A DNA stretch of 64,000 nt from Auanema rhodensis (Eukaryota; Animalia; Nematoda). Below the pieces are notes generated by a model. The model had not been told where the DNA came from. It was given only the letters and a program-made list of their open reading frames with translations, and ran no database searches. The first letter of the stretch is position 1. Each line of letters begins with the position of its first letter. Of this stretch, positions 40,938-55,900 are shown piece after piece. The DNA lies in NCBI GenBank assembly GCA_964057225.1, contig OZ059899.1:1178001-1242000 (forward strand), read 5' to 3'. The translations under genes were made by a program, and so were the position numbers.

Positions 40938-43900
40938 TTGAAAAATGATGCATTAGTGTATGTTGAGTTTCCATGTACACTCAACATTGCTTCCAAAAAC
41001 ATTTTGACAAAAATTTTTTCGAAAAATTTCAAAATAATTCAGCAAAAAGTAGATGTTTATAGATTCCTTTTTTCAAGGCAAAGACGATGGACAATGTTAT
41101 TCAACGAAAAAATTAATTCTTCAGGGTGAAAATCGAGAATATAAGTGTGAACTTATATCAGTTGATATCTCGGTGCATTTTTAAGCTAGCGCAAATCTGA
41201 TAACACAGATCGACGCAGCTTAAAAATCCGCATCGAATGCACTATACTACATCAAGAAACGCTTGATACAAAAATTAGTTATGATCGTTTGAAAAATGAT
41301 GCATTAGTGTATGTTGAGTTTCCATGTACACTCAACATTGCTTCCAAAAACATTTTGACAAAAATTTTTTCGAAAAATTTCAAAATAATTCAGCAAAAAG
41401 TAGATGTTTATAGATTCCTTTTTTCAAGGCAAAGACGATGGACAATGTTATTCAACGAAAAAATTAATTCTTCAGGGTGAAAATCGAGAATATAAGTGTG
41501 AACTTATATCAGTTGATATCTCGGTGCATTTTTAAGCTAGCGCAAATCTGATAACACAGATCGACGCAGCTTAAAAATCCGCATCGAATGCACTATACTA
41601 CATCGAGAAACGCTTGATACAAAAATTAGTTATGATCGTTTGAAAAATGATGCATTAGTGTATGTTGAGTTTCCATGTACACTCAACATTGCTTCCAAAA
41701 ACATTTTGACAAAAATTTTTTCGAAAAATTTCAAAATAATTCAGCAAAACGTAGATGTTTATAGATTCCTTTTTTCAAGGCAAAGACGATGGACAATGTT
41801 ATTCGACGAAAAAATTAATTCTTCAGGGTGAAAATCGAGGATATAAGTGTGAACTTATATCAGTTGATATCTCGGTGCATTTTTAAGCTAGCGCAAATCT
41901 GATAACACAGATCGACGCAGCTTAAAAATCCGCATCGAATGCACTATACTACATCGAGAAACGCTTGATACAAAAATTAGTTATGATCGTTTGAAAAATG
42001 ATGCATTAGTGTATGTTGAGTTTCCATGTACACTCAACATTGCTTCCAAAAACATTTTGACAAAAATTTTTTCGAAAAATTTCAAAATAATTTAGCAAAA
42101 AGTAGATGTTTTTAGATTCCATTTTTCAAGGCAAAGACGATAGACAATGTTATTCAACGAAAAAATTAATTCTTCAGGGTGAAAATCGAGGATATAAGTG
42201 TGAACTTATATCAGTTGATATCTCGGTGCATTTTTAAGCTAGCGCAAATCTGATAACACAGATCGACGCAGCTTAAAAATCCGCATCGAATGCACTATAC
42301 TACATCAAGAAACGCTTGATACAAAAATTAGTTATGATCGTTTGAAAAATGATGCATTAGTGTATGTTGAGTTTCCATGTACACTCAACATTGCTTCCAA
42401 AAACATTTTGACAAAAATTTTTTCGAAAAATTTCAAAATAATTCAGCAAAAAGTAGATGTTTATAGATTCCTTTTTTCAAGGCAAAGACGATGGACAATG
42501 TTATTCAACGAAAAAATTAATTCTTCAGGGTGAAAATCGAGGATATAAGTGTGAACTTATATCAGTTGATATCTCGGTGCATTTTTAAGCTAGCGCAAAT
42601 CTGATAACACAGATCGACGCAGCTTAAAAATCCGCATCGAAGCACTATTCTACATCGAGAAACGCTTGATACAAAAATTAGTTATGATCGTTTGAAAAAT
42701 GATGCATTAGTGTATGTTGAGTTTCCATGTACACTCAACATTGCTTCCAAAAACATTTTGACAAAAATTTTTTCGAAAAATTTCAAAATAATTTAGCAAA
42801 AAGTAGATGTTTTTAGATTCCATTTTTCAAGGCAAAGACGATAGACAATGTTATTCAACGAAAAAATTAATTCTTCAGGGTGAAAATCGAGGATATAAGT
42901 GTGAACTTATATCAGTTGATATCTCGGTGCATTTTTAAGCTAGCGCAAATCTGATAACACAGATCGACGCAGCTTAAAAATCCGCATCGAAGCACTATAC
43001 TACATCGAGAAACGCTTGATACAAAAATTAGTTATGATCGTTTGAAAAATGATGCATTAGTGTATGTTGAGTTTCCATGTACACTCAACATTGCTTCCAA
43101 AAACATTTTGACAAAAATTTTTTCGAAAAATTTCAAAATAATTCAGCAAAACGTAGATGTTTATAGATTCCTTTTTTCAAGGCAAAGACGATGGACAATG
43201 TTATTCGACGAAAAAATTAATTCTTCAGGGTGAAAATCGAGGATATAAGTGTGAACTTATATCAGTTGATATCTCGGTGCATTTTTAAGCTAGCGCAAAT
43301 CTGATAACACAGATCGACGCAGCTTAAAAATCCGCATCGAATGCACTATACTACATCAAGAAACGCTTGATACAAAAATTAGTTATGATCGTTTGAAAAA
43401 TGATGCATTAGTGTATGTTGAGTTTCCATGTACACTCAACATTGCTTCCAAAAACATTTTGACAAAAATTTTTTCGAAAAATTTCAAAATAATTTAGCAA
43501 AAAGTAGATGTTTTTAGATTCCATTTTTCAAGGCAAAGACGATAGACAATGTTATTCAACGAAAAAATTAATTCTTCAGGGTGAAAATCGAGGATATAAG
43601 TGTGAACTTATATCAGTTGATATCTCGGTGCATTTTTAAGCTAGCGCAAATCTGATAACACAGATCGACGCAGCTTAAAAATCCGCATCGAATGCACTAT
43701 ACTACATCAAGAAACGCTTGATACAAAAATTAGTTATGATCGTTTGAAAAATGATGCATTAGTGTATGTTGAGTTTCCATGTACACTCAACATTGCTTCC
43801 AAAAACATTTTGACAAAAATTTTTTCGAAAAATTTCAAAATAATTCAGCAAAAAGTAGATGTTTATAGATTCCTTTTTTCAAGGCAAAGACGATGGACAA

Positions 43901-46900
43901 TGTTATTCAACGAAAAAATTAATTCTTCAGGGTGAAAATCGAGAATATAAGTGTGAACTTATATCAGTTGATATCTCGGTGCATTTTTAAGCTAGCGCAA
44001 ATCTGATAACACAGATCGACGCAGCTTAAAAATCCGCATCGAATGCACTATACTACATCAAGAAACGCTTGATACAAAAATTAGTTATGATCGTTTGAAA
44101 AATGATGCATTAGTGTATGTTGAGTTTCCATGTACACTCAACATTGCTTCCAAAAACATTTTGACAAAAATTTTTTCGAAAAATTTCAAAATAATTCAGC
44201 AAAAAGTAGATGTTTATAGATTCCTTTTTTCAAGGCAAAGACGATGGACAATGTTATTCAACGAAAAAATTAATTCTTCAGGGTGAAAATCGAGAATATA
44301 AGTGTGAACTTATATCAGTTGATATCTCGGTGCATTTTTAAGCTAGCGCAAATCTGATAACACAGATCGACGCAGCTTAAAAATCCGCATCGAATGCACT
44401 ATACTACATCGAGAAACGCTTGATACAAAAATTAGTTATGATCGTTTGAAAAATGATGCATTAGTGTATGTTGAGTTTCCATGTACACTCAACATTGCTT
44501 CCAAAAACATTTTGACAAAAATTTTTTCGAAAAATTTCAAAATAATTCAGCAAAAAGTAGATGTTTATAGATTCCTTTTTTCAAGGCAAAGACGATGGAC
44601 AATGTTATTCAACGAAAAAATTAATTCTTCAGGGTGAAAATCGAGGATATAAGTGTGAACTTATATCAGTTGATATCTCGGTGCATTTTTAAGCTAGCGC
44701 AAATCTGATAACACAGATCGACGCAGCTTAAAAATCCGCATCGAATGCACTATACTACATCGAGAAACGCTTGATACAAAAATTAGTTATGATCGTTTGA
44801 AAAATGATGCATTAGTGTATGTTGAGTTTCCATGTACACTCAACATTGCTTCCAAAAACATTTTGACAAAAATTTTTTGAAAAATTTCAAAATAATTTAG
44901 CAAAAAGTAGATGTTTTTAGATTCCATTTTTCAAGGCAAAGACGATAGACAATGTTATTCAACGAAAAAATTAATTCTTCAGGGTGAAAATCGAGGATAT
45001 AAGTGTGAACTTATATCAGTTGATATCTCGGTGCATTTTTAAGCTAGCGCAAATCTGATAACACAGATCGACGCAACTTAAAAATCCGCATCGAATGCAC
45101 TATACTACATCGAGAAACGCTTGATACAAAAATTAGTTATGATCGTTTGAAAAATGATGCATTAGTGTATGTTGAGTTTCCATGTACACTCAACATTGCT
45201 TCCAAAAACATTTTGACAAAAATTTTTTCGAAAAATTTCAAAATAATTTAGCAAAAAGTAGATGTTTTTAGATTCCATTTTTCAAGGCAAAGACGATAGA
45301 CAATGTTATTCAACGAAAAAATTAATTCTTCAGGGTGAAAATCGAGGATATAAGTGTGAACTTATATCAGTTGATATCTCGGTGCATTTTTAAGCTAGCG
45401 CAAATCTGATAACACAGATCGACGCAGCCTAAAAATCCGCATCGAATGCACTATACTACATCGAGAAACGCTTGATACAAAAATTAGTTATGATCGTTTG
45501 AAAAATGATGCATTAGTGTATGTTGAGTTTCCATGTACACTCAACATTGCTTCCAAAAACATTTTGACAAAAATTTTTTCGAAAAATTTCAAAATAATTT
45601 AGCAAAAAGTAGATGTTTTTAAATTCCATTTTTCAAGGCAAAGACGATAGACAATGTTATTCAACGAAAAAATTAATTCTTCAGGGTGAAAATCGAGAAT
45701 ATAAGTGTGAACTTATATCAGTTGATATCTCGGTGCATTTTTAAGCTAGCGCAAATCTGATAACACAGATCGACGCAGCTTAAAAATCCGCATCGAATGC
45801 ACTATACTACATCAAGAAACGCTTGATACAAAAATTAGTTATGATCGTTTGAAAAATGATGCATTAGTGTATGTTGAGTTTCCATGTACACTCAACATTG
45901 CTTCCAAAAACATTTTGACAAAAATTTTTTCGAAAAATTTCAAAATAATTTAGCAAAAAGTAGATGTTTTTAAATTCCTTTTTTTAAGGCAAAGACGATG
46001 GACAATGTTATTCAACGAAAAAATTAATTCTTCAGGGTGAAAATCGAGAATATAAGTGTGAACTTATATCAGTTGATATCTCGGTGCATTTTTAAGCTAG
46101 CGCAAATCTGATAACACAGATCGACGCAGCTTAAAAATCCGCATCGAATGCACTATACTACATTGAGAAACGCTTAATACAAAAATTAGTTATGATCGTT
46201 TGAAAAATGATGCATTAGTGTATGTTGAGTTTCCATGTACACTCAACATTGCTTCCAAAAACATTTTGACAAAAATTTTTTCGAAAAATTTCAAAATAAT
46301 TCAGCAAAAAGTAGATGTTTATAGATTCCTTTTTTCAAGGCAAAGACGATGGACAATGTTATTCAACGAAAAAATTAATTCTTCAGGGTGAAAATCGAGG
46401 ATATAAGTGTGAACTTATATCAGTTGATATCTCGGTGCATTTTTAAGCTAGCGCAAATCTGATAACACAGATCGACGCAGCTTAAAAATCCGCATCGAAT
46501 GCACTATACTACATCGAGAAACGCTTGATACAAAAATTAGTTATGATCGTTTGAAAAATGATGCATTAGTGTATGTTGAGTTTCCATGTACACTCAACAT
46601 TGCTTCCAAAAACATTTTGACAAAAATTTTTTCGAAAAATTTCAAAATAATTTAGCAAAAAGTAGATGTTTTTAAATTCCATTTTTCAAGGCAAAGACGA
46701 TAGACAATGTTATTCAACGAAAAAATTAATTCTTCAGGGTGAAAATCGAGAATATAAGTGTGAACTTATATCAGTTGATATCTCGGTGCATTTTTAAGCT
46801 AGCGCAAATCTGATAACACAGATCGACGCAGCTTAAAAATCCGCATCGAATGCACTATACTACATTGAGAAACGCTTGATACAAAAATTAGTTATGATCG

Positions 46901-49900
46901 TTTGAAAAATGATGCATTAGTGTATGTTGAGTTTCCATGTACACTCAACATTGCTTCCAAAAACATTTTGACAAAAATTTTTTCGAAAAATTTCAAAATA
47001 ATTTAGCAAAAAGTAGATGTTTTTAAATTCCATTTTTCAAGGCAAAGACGATAGACAATGTTATTCAACGAAAAAATTAATTCTTCAGGGTGAAAATCGA
47101 GAATATAAGTGTGAACTTATATCAGTTGATATCTCGGTGCATTTTTAAGCTAGCGCAAATCTGATAACACAGATCGACGCAGCTTAAAAATCCGCATCGA
47201 ATGCACTATACTACATCGAGAAACGCTTGATACAAAAATTAGTTATGATCGTTTGAAAAATGATGCATTAGTGTATGTTGAGTTTCCATGTACACTCAAC
47301 ATTGCTTCCAAAAACATTTTGACAAAAATTTTTTCGAAAAATTTCAAAATAATTTAGCAAAAAGTAGATGTTTTTAAATTCCATTTTTCAAGGCAAAGAC
47401 GATAGACAATGTTATTCAACGAAAAAATTAATTCTTCAGGGTGAAAATCGAGAATATAAGTGTGAACTTATATCAGTTGATATCTCGGTGCATTTTTAAG
47501 CTAGCGCAAATCTGATAACACAGATCGACGCAGCTTAAAAATCCGCATCGAATGCACTATACTACATTGAGAAACGCTTAATACAAAAATTAGTTATGAT
47601 CGTTCGAAAAATGATGCATTAGTGTATGTTGAGTTTCCATGTACACTCAACATTGCTTCCAAAAACATTTTGACAAAAATTTTTTCGAAAAATTTCAAAA
47701 TAATTCAGCAAAAAGTAGATGTTTATAGATTCCTTTTTTCAAGGCAAAGACGATGGACAATGTTATTCAACGAAAAAATTAATTCTTCAGGGTGAAAATC
47801 GAGGATATAAGTGTGAACTTATATCAGTTGATATCTCGGTGCATTTTTAAGCTAGCGCAAATCTGATAACACAGATCGACGCAGCTTAAAAATCCGCATC
47901 GAATGCACTATACTACATCGAGAAACGCTTGATACAAAAATTAGTTATGATCGTTTGAAAAATGATGCATTAGTGTATGTTGAGTTTCCATGTACACTCA
48001 ACATTGCTTCCAAAAACATTTTGACAAAAATTTTTTCGAAAAATTTCAAAATAATTTAGCAAAAAGTAGATGTTTTTAGATTCCATTTTTCAAGGCAAAG
48101 ACGATAGACAATGTTATTCAACGAAAAAATTAATTCTTCAGGGTGAAAATCGAGAATATAAGTGTGAACTTATATCAGTTGATATCTCGGTGCATTTTTA
48201 AGCTAGCGCAAATCTGATAACACAGATCGACGCAGCTTAAAAATCCGCATCGAATGCACTATACTACATCGAGAAACGCTTGATACAAAAATTAGTTATG
48301 ATCGTTTGAAAAATGATGCATTAGTGTATGTTGAGTTTCCATGTACACTCAACATTGCTTCCAAAAACATTTTGACAAAAATTTTTTCGAAAAATTTCAA
48401 AATAATTTAGCAAAAAGTAGATGTTTTTAAATTCCTTTTTTTAAGGCAAAGACGATGGACAATGTTATTCAACGAAAAAATTAATTCTTCAGGGTGAAAA
48501 TCGAGAATATAAGTGTGAACTTATATCAGTTGATATCTCGGTGCATTTTTAAGCTAGCGCAAATCTGATAACACAGATCGACGCAGCTTAAAAATCCGCA
48601 TCGAATGCACTATACTACATTGAGAAACGCTTAATACAAAAATTAGTTATGATCGTTTGAAAAATGATGCATTAGTGTATGTTGAGTTTCCATGTACACT
48701 CAACATTGCTTCCAAAAACATTTTGACAAAAATTTTTTCGAAAAATTTCAAAATAATTCAGCAAAAAGTAGATGTTTATAGATTCCTTTTTTCAAGGCAA
48801 AGACGATGGACAATGTTATTCAACGAAAAAATTAATTCTTCAGGGTGAAAATCGAGGATATAAGTGTGAACTTATATCAGTTGATATCTCGGTGCATTTT
48901 TAAGCTAGCGCAAATCTGATAACACAGATCGACGCAACTTAAAAATCCGCATCGAATGCACTATACTACATCGAGAAACGCTTGATACAAAAATTAGTTA
49001 TGATCGTTTGAAAAATGATGCATTAGTGTATGTTGAGTTTCCATGTACACTCAACATTGCTTCCAAAAACATTTTGACAAAAATTTTTTCGAAAAATTTC
49101 AAAATAATTTAGCAAAAAGTAGATGTTTTTAGATTCCATTTTTCAAGGCAAAGACGATAGACAATGTTATTCAACGAAAAAATTAATTCTTCAGGGTGAA
49201 AATCGAGGATATAAGTGTGAACTTATATCAGTTGATATCTCGGTGCATTTTTAAGCTAGCGCAAATCTGATAACACAGATCGACGCAGCTTAAAAATCCG
49301 CATCGAATGCACTATACTACATCAAGAAACGCTTGATACAAAAATTAGTTATGATCGTTTGAAAAATGATGCATTAGTGTATGTTGAGTTTCCATGTACA
49401 CTCAACATTGCTTCCAAAAACATTTTGACAAAAATTTTTTCGAAAAATTTCAAAATAATTTAGCAAAAAGTAGATGTTTTTAAATTCCTTTTTTTAAGGC
49501 AAAGACGATGGACAATGTTATTCAACGAAAAAATTAATTCTTCAGGGTGAAAATCGAGAATATAAGTGTGAACTTATATCAGTTGATATCTCGGTGCATT
49601 TTTAAGCTAGCGCAAATCTGATAACACAGATCGACGCAGCTTAAAAATCCGCATCGAATGCACTATACTACATTGAGAAACGCTTAATACAAAAATTAGT
49701 TATGATCGTTTGAAAAATGATGCATTAGTGTATGTTGAGTTTCCATGTACACTCAACATTGCTTCCAAAAACATTTTGACAAAAATTTTTTCGAAAAATT
49801 TCAAAATAATTTAGCAAAAAGTAGATGTTTATAGATTCCTTTTTTCAAGGCAAAGACGATGGACAATGTTATTCAACGAAAAAATTAATTCTTCAGGGTG

Positions 49901-52900
49901 AAAATCGAGGATATAAGTGTGAACTTATATCAGTTGATATCTCGGTGCATTTTTAAGCTAGCGCAAATCTGATAACACAGATCGACGCAACTTAAAAATC
50001 CGCATCGAATGCACTATACTACATCGAGAAACGCTTGATACAAAAATTAGTTATGATCGTTTGAAAAATGATGCATTAGTGTATGTTGAGTTTCCATGTA
50101 CACTCAACATTGCTTCCAAAAACATTTTGACAAAAATTTTTTCGAAAAATTTCAAAATAATTTAGCAAAAAGTAGATGTTTTTAGATTCCATTTTTCAAG
50201 GCAAAGACGATAGACAATGTTATTCAACGAAAAAATTAATTCTTCAGGGTGAAAATCGAGGATATAAGTGTGAACTTATATCAGTTGATATCTCGGTGCA
50301 TTTTTAAGCTAGCGCAAATCTGATAACACAGATCGACGCAGCTTAAAAATCCGCATCGAATGCACTATACTACATCAAGAAACGCTTGATACAAAAATTA
50401 GTTATGATCGTTTGAAAAATGATGCATTAGTGTATGTTGAGTTTCCATGTACACTCAACATTGCTTCCAAAAACATTTTGACAAAAAATTTTTCGAAAAA
50501 TTTCAAAATAATTTAGCAAAAAGTAGATGTTTTTAAATTCCTTTTTTTAAGGCAAAGACGATGGACAATGTTATTCAACGAAAAAATTAATTCTTCAGGG
50601 TGAAAATCGAGAATATAAGTGTGAACTTATATCAGTTGATATCTCGGTGCATTTTTAAGCTAGCGCAAATCTGATAACACAGATCGACGCAGCTTAAGAA
50701 TCCGCATCGAATGCACTATACTACATTGAGAAACGCTTAATACAAAAATTAGTTATGATCGTTTGAAAAATGATGCATTAGTGTATGTTGAGTTTCCATG
50801 TACACTCAACATTGCTTCCAAAAACATTTTGACAAAAATTTTTTCGAAAAATTTCAAAATAATTTAGCAAAAAGTAGATGTTTTTAAATTCCTTTTTTTA
50901 AGGCAAAGACGATGGACAATGTTATTCAACGAAAAAATTAATTCTTCAGGGTGAAAATCGAGAATATAAGTGTGAACTTATATCAGTTGATATCTCGGTT
51001 CATTTTTAAGCTAGCGCAAATCTGATAACACAGATCGACGCAGCTTAAAAATCCGCATCGAATGCACTATACTTCATTGAGAAACGCTTAATACAAAAAT
51101 TAGTTATGATCGTTTGAAAAATGATGCATTAGTGTATGTTGAGTTTCCATGTACACTCAACATTGCTTCCAAAAACATTTTGACAAAAATTTTTTCGAAA
51201 AATTTCAAAATAATTCAGCAAAAAGTAGATGTTTATAGATTCCTTTTTTCAAGGCAAAGACGATGGACAATGTTATTCAACGAAAAAATTAATTCTTCAG
51301 GGTGAAAATCGAGAATATAAGTGTGAACTTATATCAGTTGATATCTCGGTGCATTTTTAAGCTAGCGCAAATCTGATAACACAGATCGACGCAGCTTAAA
51401 AATCCGCATCGAATGCACTATACTACATCAAGAAACGCTTGATACAAAAATTAGTTATGATCGTTTGAAAAATGATGCATTAGTGTATGTTGAGTTTCCA
51501 TGTACACTCAACATTGCTTCCAAAAACATTTTGACAAAAATTTTTTCGAAAAATTTCAAAATAATTCAGCAAAAAGTAGATGTTTATAGATTCCTTTTTT
51601 CAAGGCAAAGACGATGGACAATGTTATTCAACGAAAAAATTAATTCTTCAGGGTGAAAATCGAGAATATAAGTGTGAACTTATATCAGTTGATATCTCGG
51701 TGCATTTTTAAGCTAGCGCAAATCTGATAACACAGATCGACGCAGCTTAAAAATCCGCATCGAATGCACTATACTACATCGAGAAACGCTTGATACAAAA
51801 ATTAGTTATGATCGTTTGAAAAATGATGCATTAGTGTATGTTGAGTTTCCATGTACACTCAACATTGCTTCCAAAAACATTTTGACAAAAATTTTTTCGA
51901 AAAATTTCAAAATAATTCAGCAAAACGTAGATGTTTATAGATTCCTTTTTTCAAGGCAAAGACGATGGACAATGTTATTCGACGAAAAAATTAATTCTTC
52001 AGGGTGAAAATCGAGGATATAAGTGTGAACTTATATCAGTTGATATCTCGGTGCATTTTTAAGCTAGCGCAAATCTGATAACACAGATCGACGCAGCTTA
52101 AAAATCCGCATCGAATGCACTATACTACATCGAGAAACGCTTGATACAAAAATTAGTTATGATCGTTTGAAAAATGATGCATTAGTGTATGTTGAGTTTC
52201 CATGTACACTCAACATTGCTTCCAAAAACATTTTGACAAAAATTTTTTCGAAAAATTTCAAAATAATTTAGCAAAAAGTAGATGTTTTTAGATTCCATTT
52301 TTCAAGGCAAAGACGATAGACAATGTTATTCAACGAAAAAATTAATTCTTCAGGGTGAAAATCGAGGATATAAGTGTGAACTTATATCAGTTGATATCTC
52401 GGTGCATTTTTAAGCTAGCGCAAATCTGATAACACAGATCGACGCAGCTTAAAAATCCGCATCGAATGCACTATACTACATCAAGAAACGCTTGATACAA
52501 AAATTAGTTATGATCGTTTGAAAAATGATGCATTAGTGTATGTTGAGTTTCCATGTACACTCAACATTGCTTCCAAAAACATTTTGACAAAAATTTTTTC
52601 GAAAAATTTCAAAATAATTCAGCAAAAAGTAGATGTTTATAGATTCCTTTTTTCAAGGCAAAGACGATGGACAATGTTATTCAACGAAAAAATTAATTCT
52701 TCAGGGTGAAAATCGAGGATATAAGTGTGAACTTATATCAGTTGATATCTCGGTGCATTTTTAAGCTAGCGCAAATCTGATAACACAGATCGACGCAGCT
52801 TAAAAATCCGCATCGAAGCACTATACTACATCGAGAAACGCTTGATACAAAAATTAGTTATGATCGTTTGAAAAATGATGCATTAGTGTATGTTGAGTTT

Positions 52901-55900
52901 CCATGTACACTCAACATTGCTTCCAAAAACATTTTGACAAAAATTTTTTCGAAAAATTTCAAAATAATTTAGCAAAAAGTAGATGTTTTTAGATTCCATT
53001 TTTCAAGGCAAAGACGATAGACAATGTTATTCAACGAAAAAATTAATTCTTCAGGGTGAAAATCGAGGATATAAGTGTGAACTTATATCAGTTGATATCT
53101 CGGTGCATTTTTAAGCTAGCGCAAATCTGATAACACAGATCGACGCAGCTTAAAAATCCGCATCGAAGCACTATACTACATCGAGAAACGCTTGATACAA
53201 AAATTAGTTATGATCGTTTGGAAAATGATGCATTAGTGTATGTTGAGTTTCCATGTACACTCAACATTGCTTCCAAAAACATTTTGACAAAAATTTTTTC
53301 GAAAAATTTCAAAATAATTCAGCAAAACGTAGATGTTTATAGATTCCTTTTTTCAAGGCAAAGACGATGGACAATGTTATTCGACGAAAAAATTAATTCT
53401 TCAGGGTGAAAATCGAGGATATAAGTGTGAACTTATATCAGTTGATATCTCGGTGCATTTTTAAGCTAGCGCAAATCTGATAACACAGATCGACGCAGCT
53501 TAAAAATCCGCATCGAATGCACTATACTACATCGAGAAACGCTTGATACAAAAATTAGTTATGATCGTTTGAAAAATGATGCATTAGTGTATGTTGAGTT
53601 TCCATGTACACTCAACATTGCTTCCAAAAACATTTTGACAAAAATTTTTTCGAAAAATTTCAAAATAATTCAGCAAAACGTAGATGTTTATAGATTCCTT
53701 TTTTCAAGGCAAAGACGATGGACAATGTTATTCGACGAAAAAATTAATTCTTCAGGGTGAAAATCGAGGATATAAGTGTGAACTTATATCAGTTGATATC
53801 TCGGTGCATTTTTAAGCTAGCGCAAATCTGATAACACAGATCGACGCAGCTTAAAAATCCGCATCGAATGCACTATACTACATCGAGAAACGCTTGATAC
53901 AAAAATTAGTTATGATCGTTTGAAAAATGATGCATTAGTGTATGTTGAGTTTCCATGTACACTCAACATTGCTTCCAAAAACATTTTGACAAAAATTTTT
54001 TCGAAAAATTTCAAAATAATTTAGCAAAAAGTAGATGTTTTTAGATTCCATTTTTCAAGGCAAAGACGATAGACAATGTTATTCAACGAAAAAATTAATT
54101 CTTCAGGGTGAAAATCGAGGATATAAGTGTGAACTTATATCAGTTGATATCTCGGTGCATTTTTAAGCTAGCGCAAATCTGATAACACAGATTGACGCAG
54201 CTTAAAAATCCGCATCGAATGCACTATACTACATCAAGAAACGCTTGATACAAAAATTAGTTATGATCGTTTGAAAAATGATGCATTAGTGTATGTTGAG
54301 TTTCCATGTACACTCAACATTGCTTCCAAAAACATTTTGACAAAAATTTTTTCGAAAAATTTCAAAATAATTTAGCAAAAAGTAGATGTTTTTAGATTCC
54401 ATTTTTCAAGGCAAAGACGATAGACAATGTTATTCAACGAAAAAATTAATTCTTCAGGGTGAAAATCGAGGATATAAGTGTGAACTTATATCAGTTGATA
54501 TCTCGGTGCATTTTTAAGCTAGCGCAAATCTGATAACACAGATCGACGCAGCTTAAAAATCCGCATCGAATGCACTATACTACATCAAGAAACGCTTGAT
54601 ACAAAAATTAGTTATGATCGTTTGAAAAATGATGCATTAGTGTATGTTGAGTTTCCATGTACACTCAACATTGCTTCCAAAAACATTTTGACAAAAATTT
54701 TTTCGAAAAATTTCAAAATAATTCAGCAAAAAGTAGATGTTTATAGATTCCTTTTTTCAAGGCAAAGACGATGGACAATGTTATTCAACGAAAAAATTAA
54801 TTCTTCAGGGTGAAAATCGAGAATATAAGTGTGAACTTATATCAGTTGATATCTCGGTGCATTTTTAAGCTAGCGCAAATCTGATAACACAGATCGACGC
54901 AGCTTAAAAATCCGCATCGAATGCACTATACTACATCAAGAAACGCTTGATACAAAAATTAGTTATGATCGTTTGAAAAATGATGCATTAGTGTATGTTG
55001 AGTTTCCATGTACACTCAACATTGCTTCCAAAAACATTTTGACAAAAATTTTTTCGAAAAATTTCAAAATAATTCAGCAAAAAGTAGATGTTTATAGATT
55101 CCTTTTTTCAAGGCAAAGACGATGGACAATGTTATTCAACGAAAAAATTAATTCTTCAGGGTGAAAATCGAGAATATAAGTGTGAACTTATATCAGTTGA
55201 TATCTCGGTGCATTTTTAAGCTAGCGCAAATCTGATAACACAGATCGACGCAGCTTAAAAATCCGCATCGAATGCACTATACTACATCGAGAAACGCTTG
55301 ATACAAAAATTAGTTATGATCGTTTGAAAAATGATGCATTAGTGTATGTTGAGTTTCCATGTACACTCAACATTGCTTCCAAAAACATTTTGACAAAAAT
55401 TTTTTGAAAAATTTCAAAATAATTTAGCAAAAAGTAGATGTTTTTAGATTCCATTTTTCAAGGCAAAGACGATAGACAATGTTATTCAACGAAAAAATTA
55501 ATTCTTCAGGGTGAAAATCGAGAATATAAGTGTGAACTTATATCAGTTGATATCTCGGTGCATTTTTAAGCTAGCGCAAATCTGATAACACAGATCGACG
55601 CAGCTTAAAAATCCGCATCGAATGCACTATACTACATTGAGAAACGCTTAATACAAAAATTAGTTATGATCGTTTGAAAAATGATGCATTAGTGTATGTT
55701 GAGTTTCCATGTACACTCAACATTGCTTCCAAAAACATTTTGACAAAAATTTTTTCGAAAAATTTCAAAATAATTCAGCAAAAAGTAGATGTTTATAGAT
55801 TCCTTTTTTCAAGGCAAAGACGATGGACAATGTTATTCAACGAAAAAATTAATTCTTCAGGGTGAAAATCGAGGATATAAGTGTGAACTTATATCAGTTG

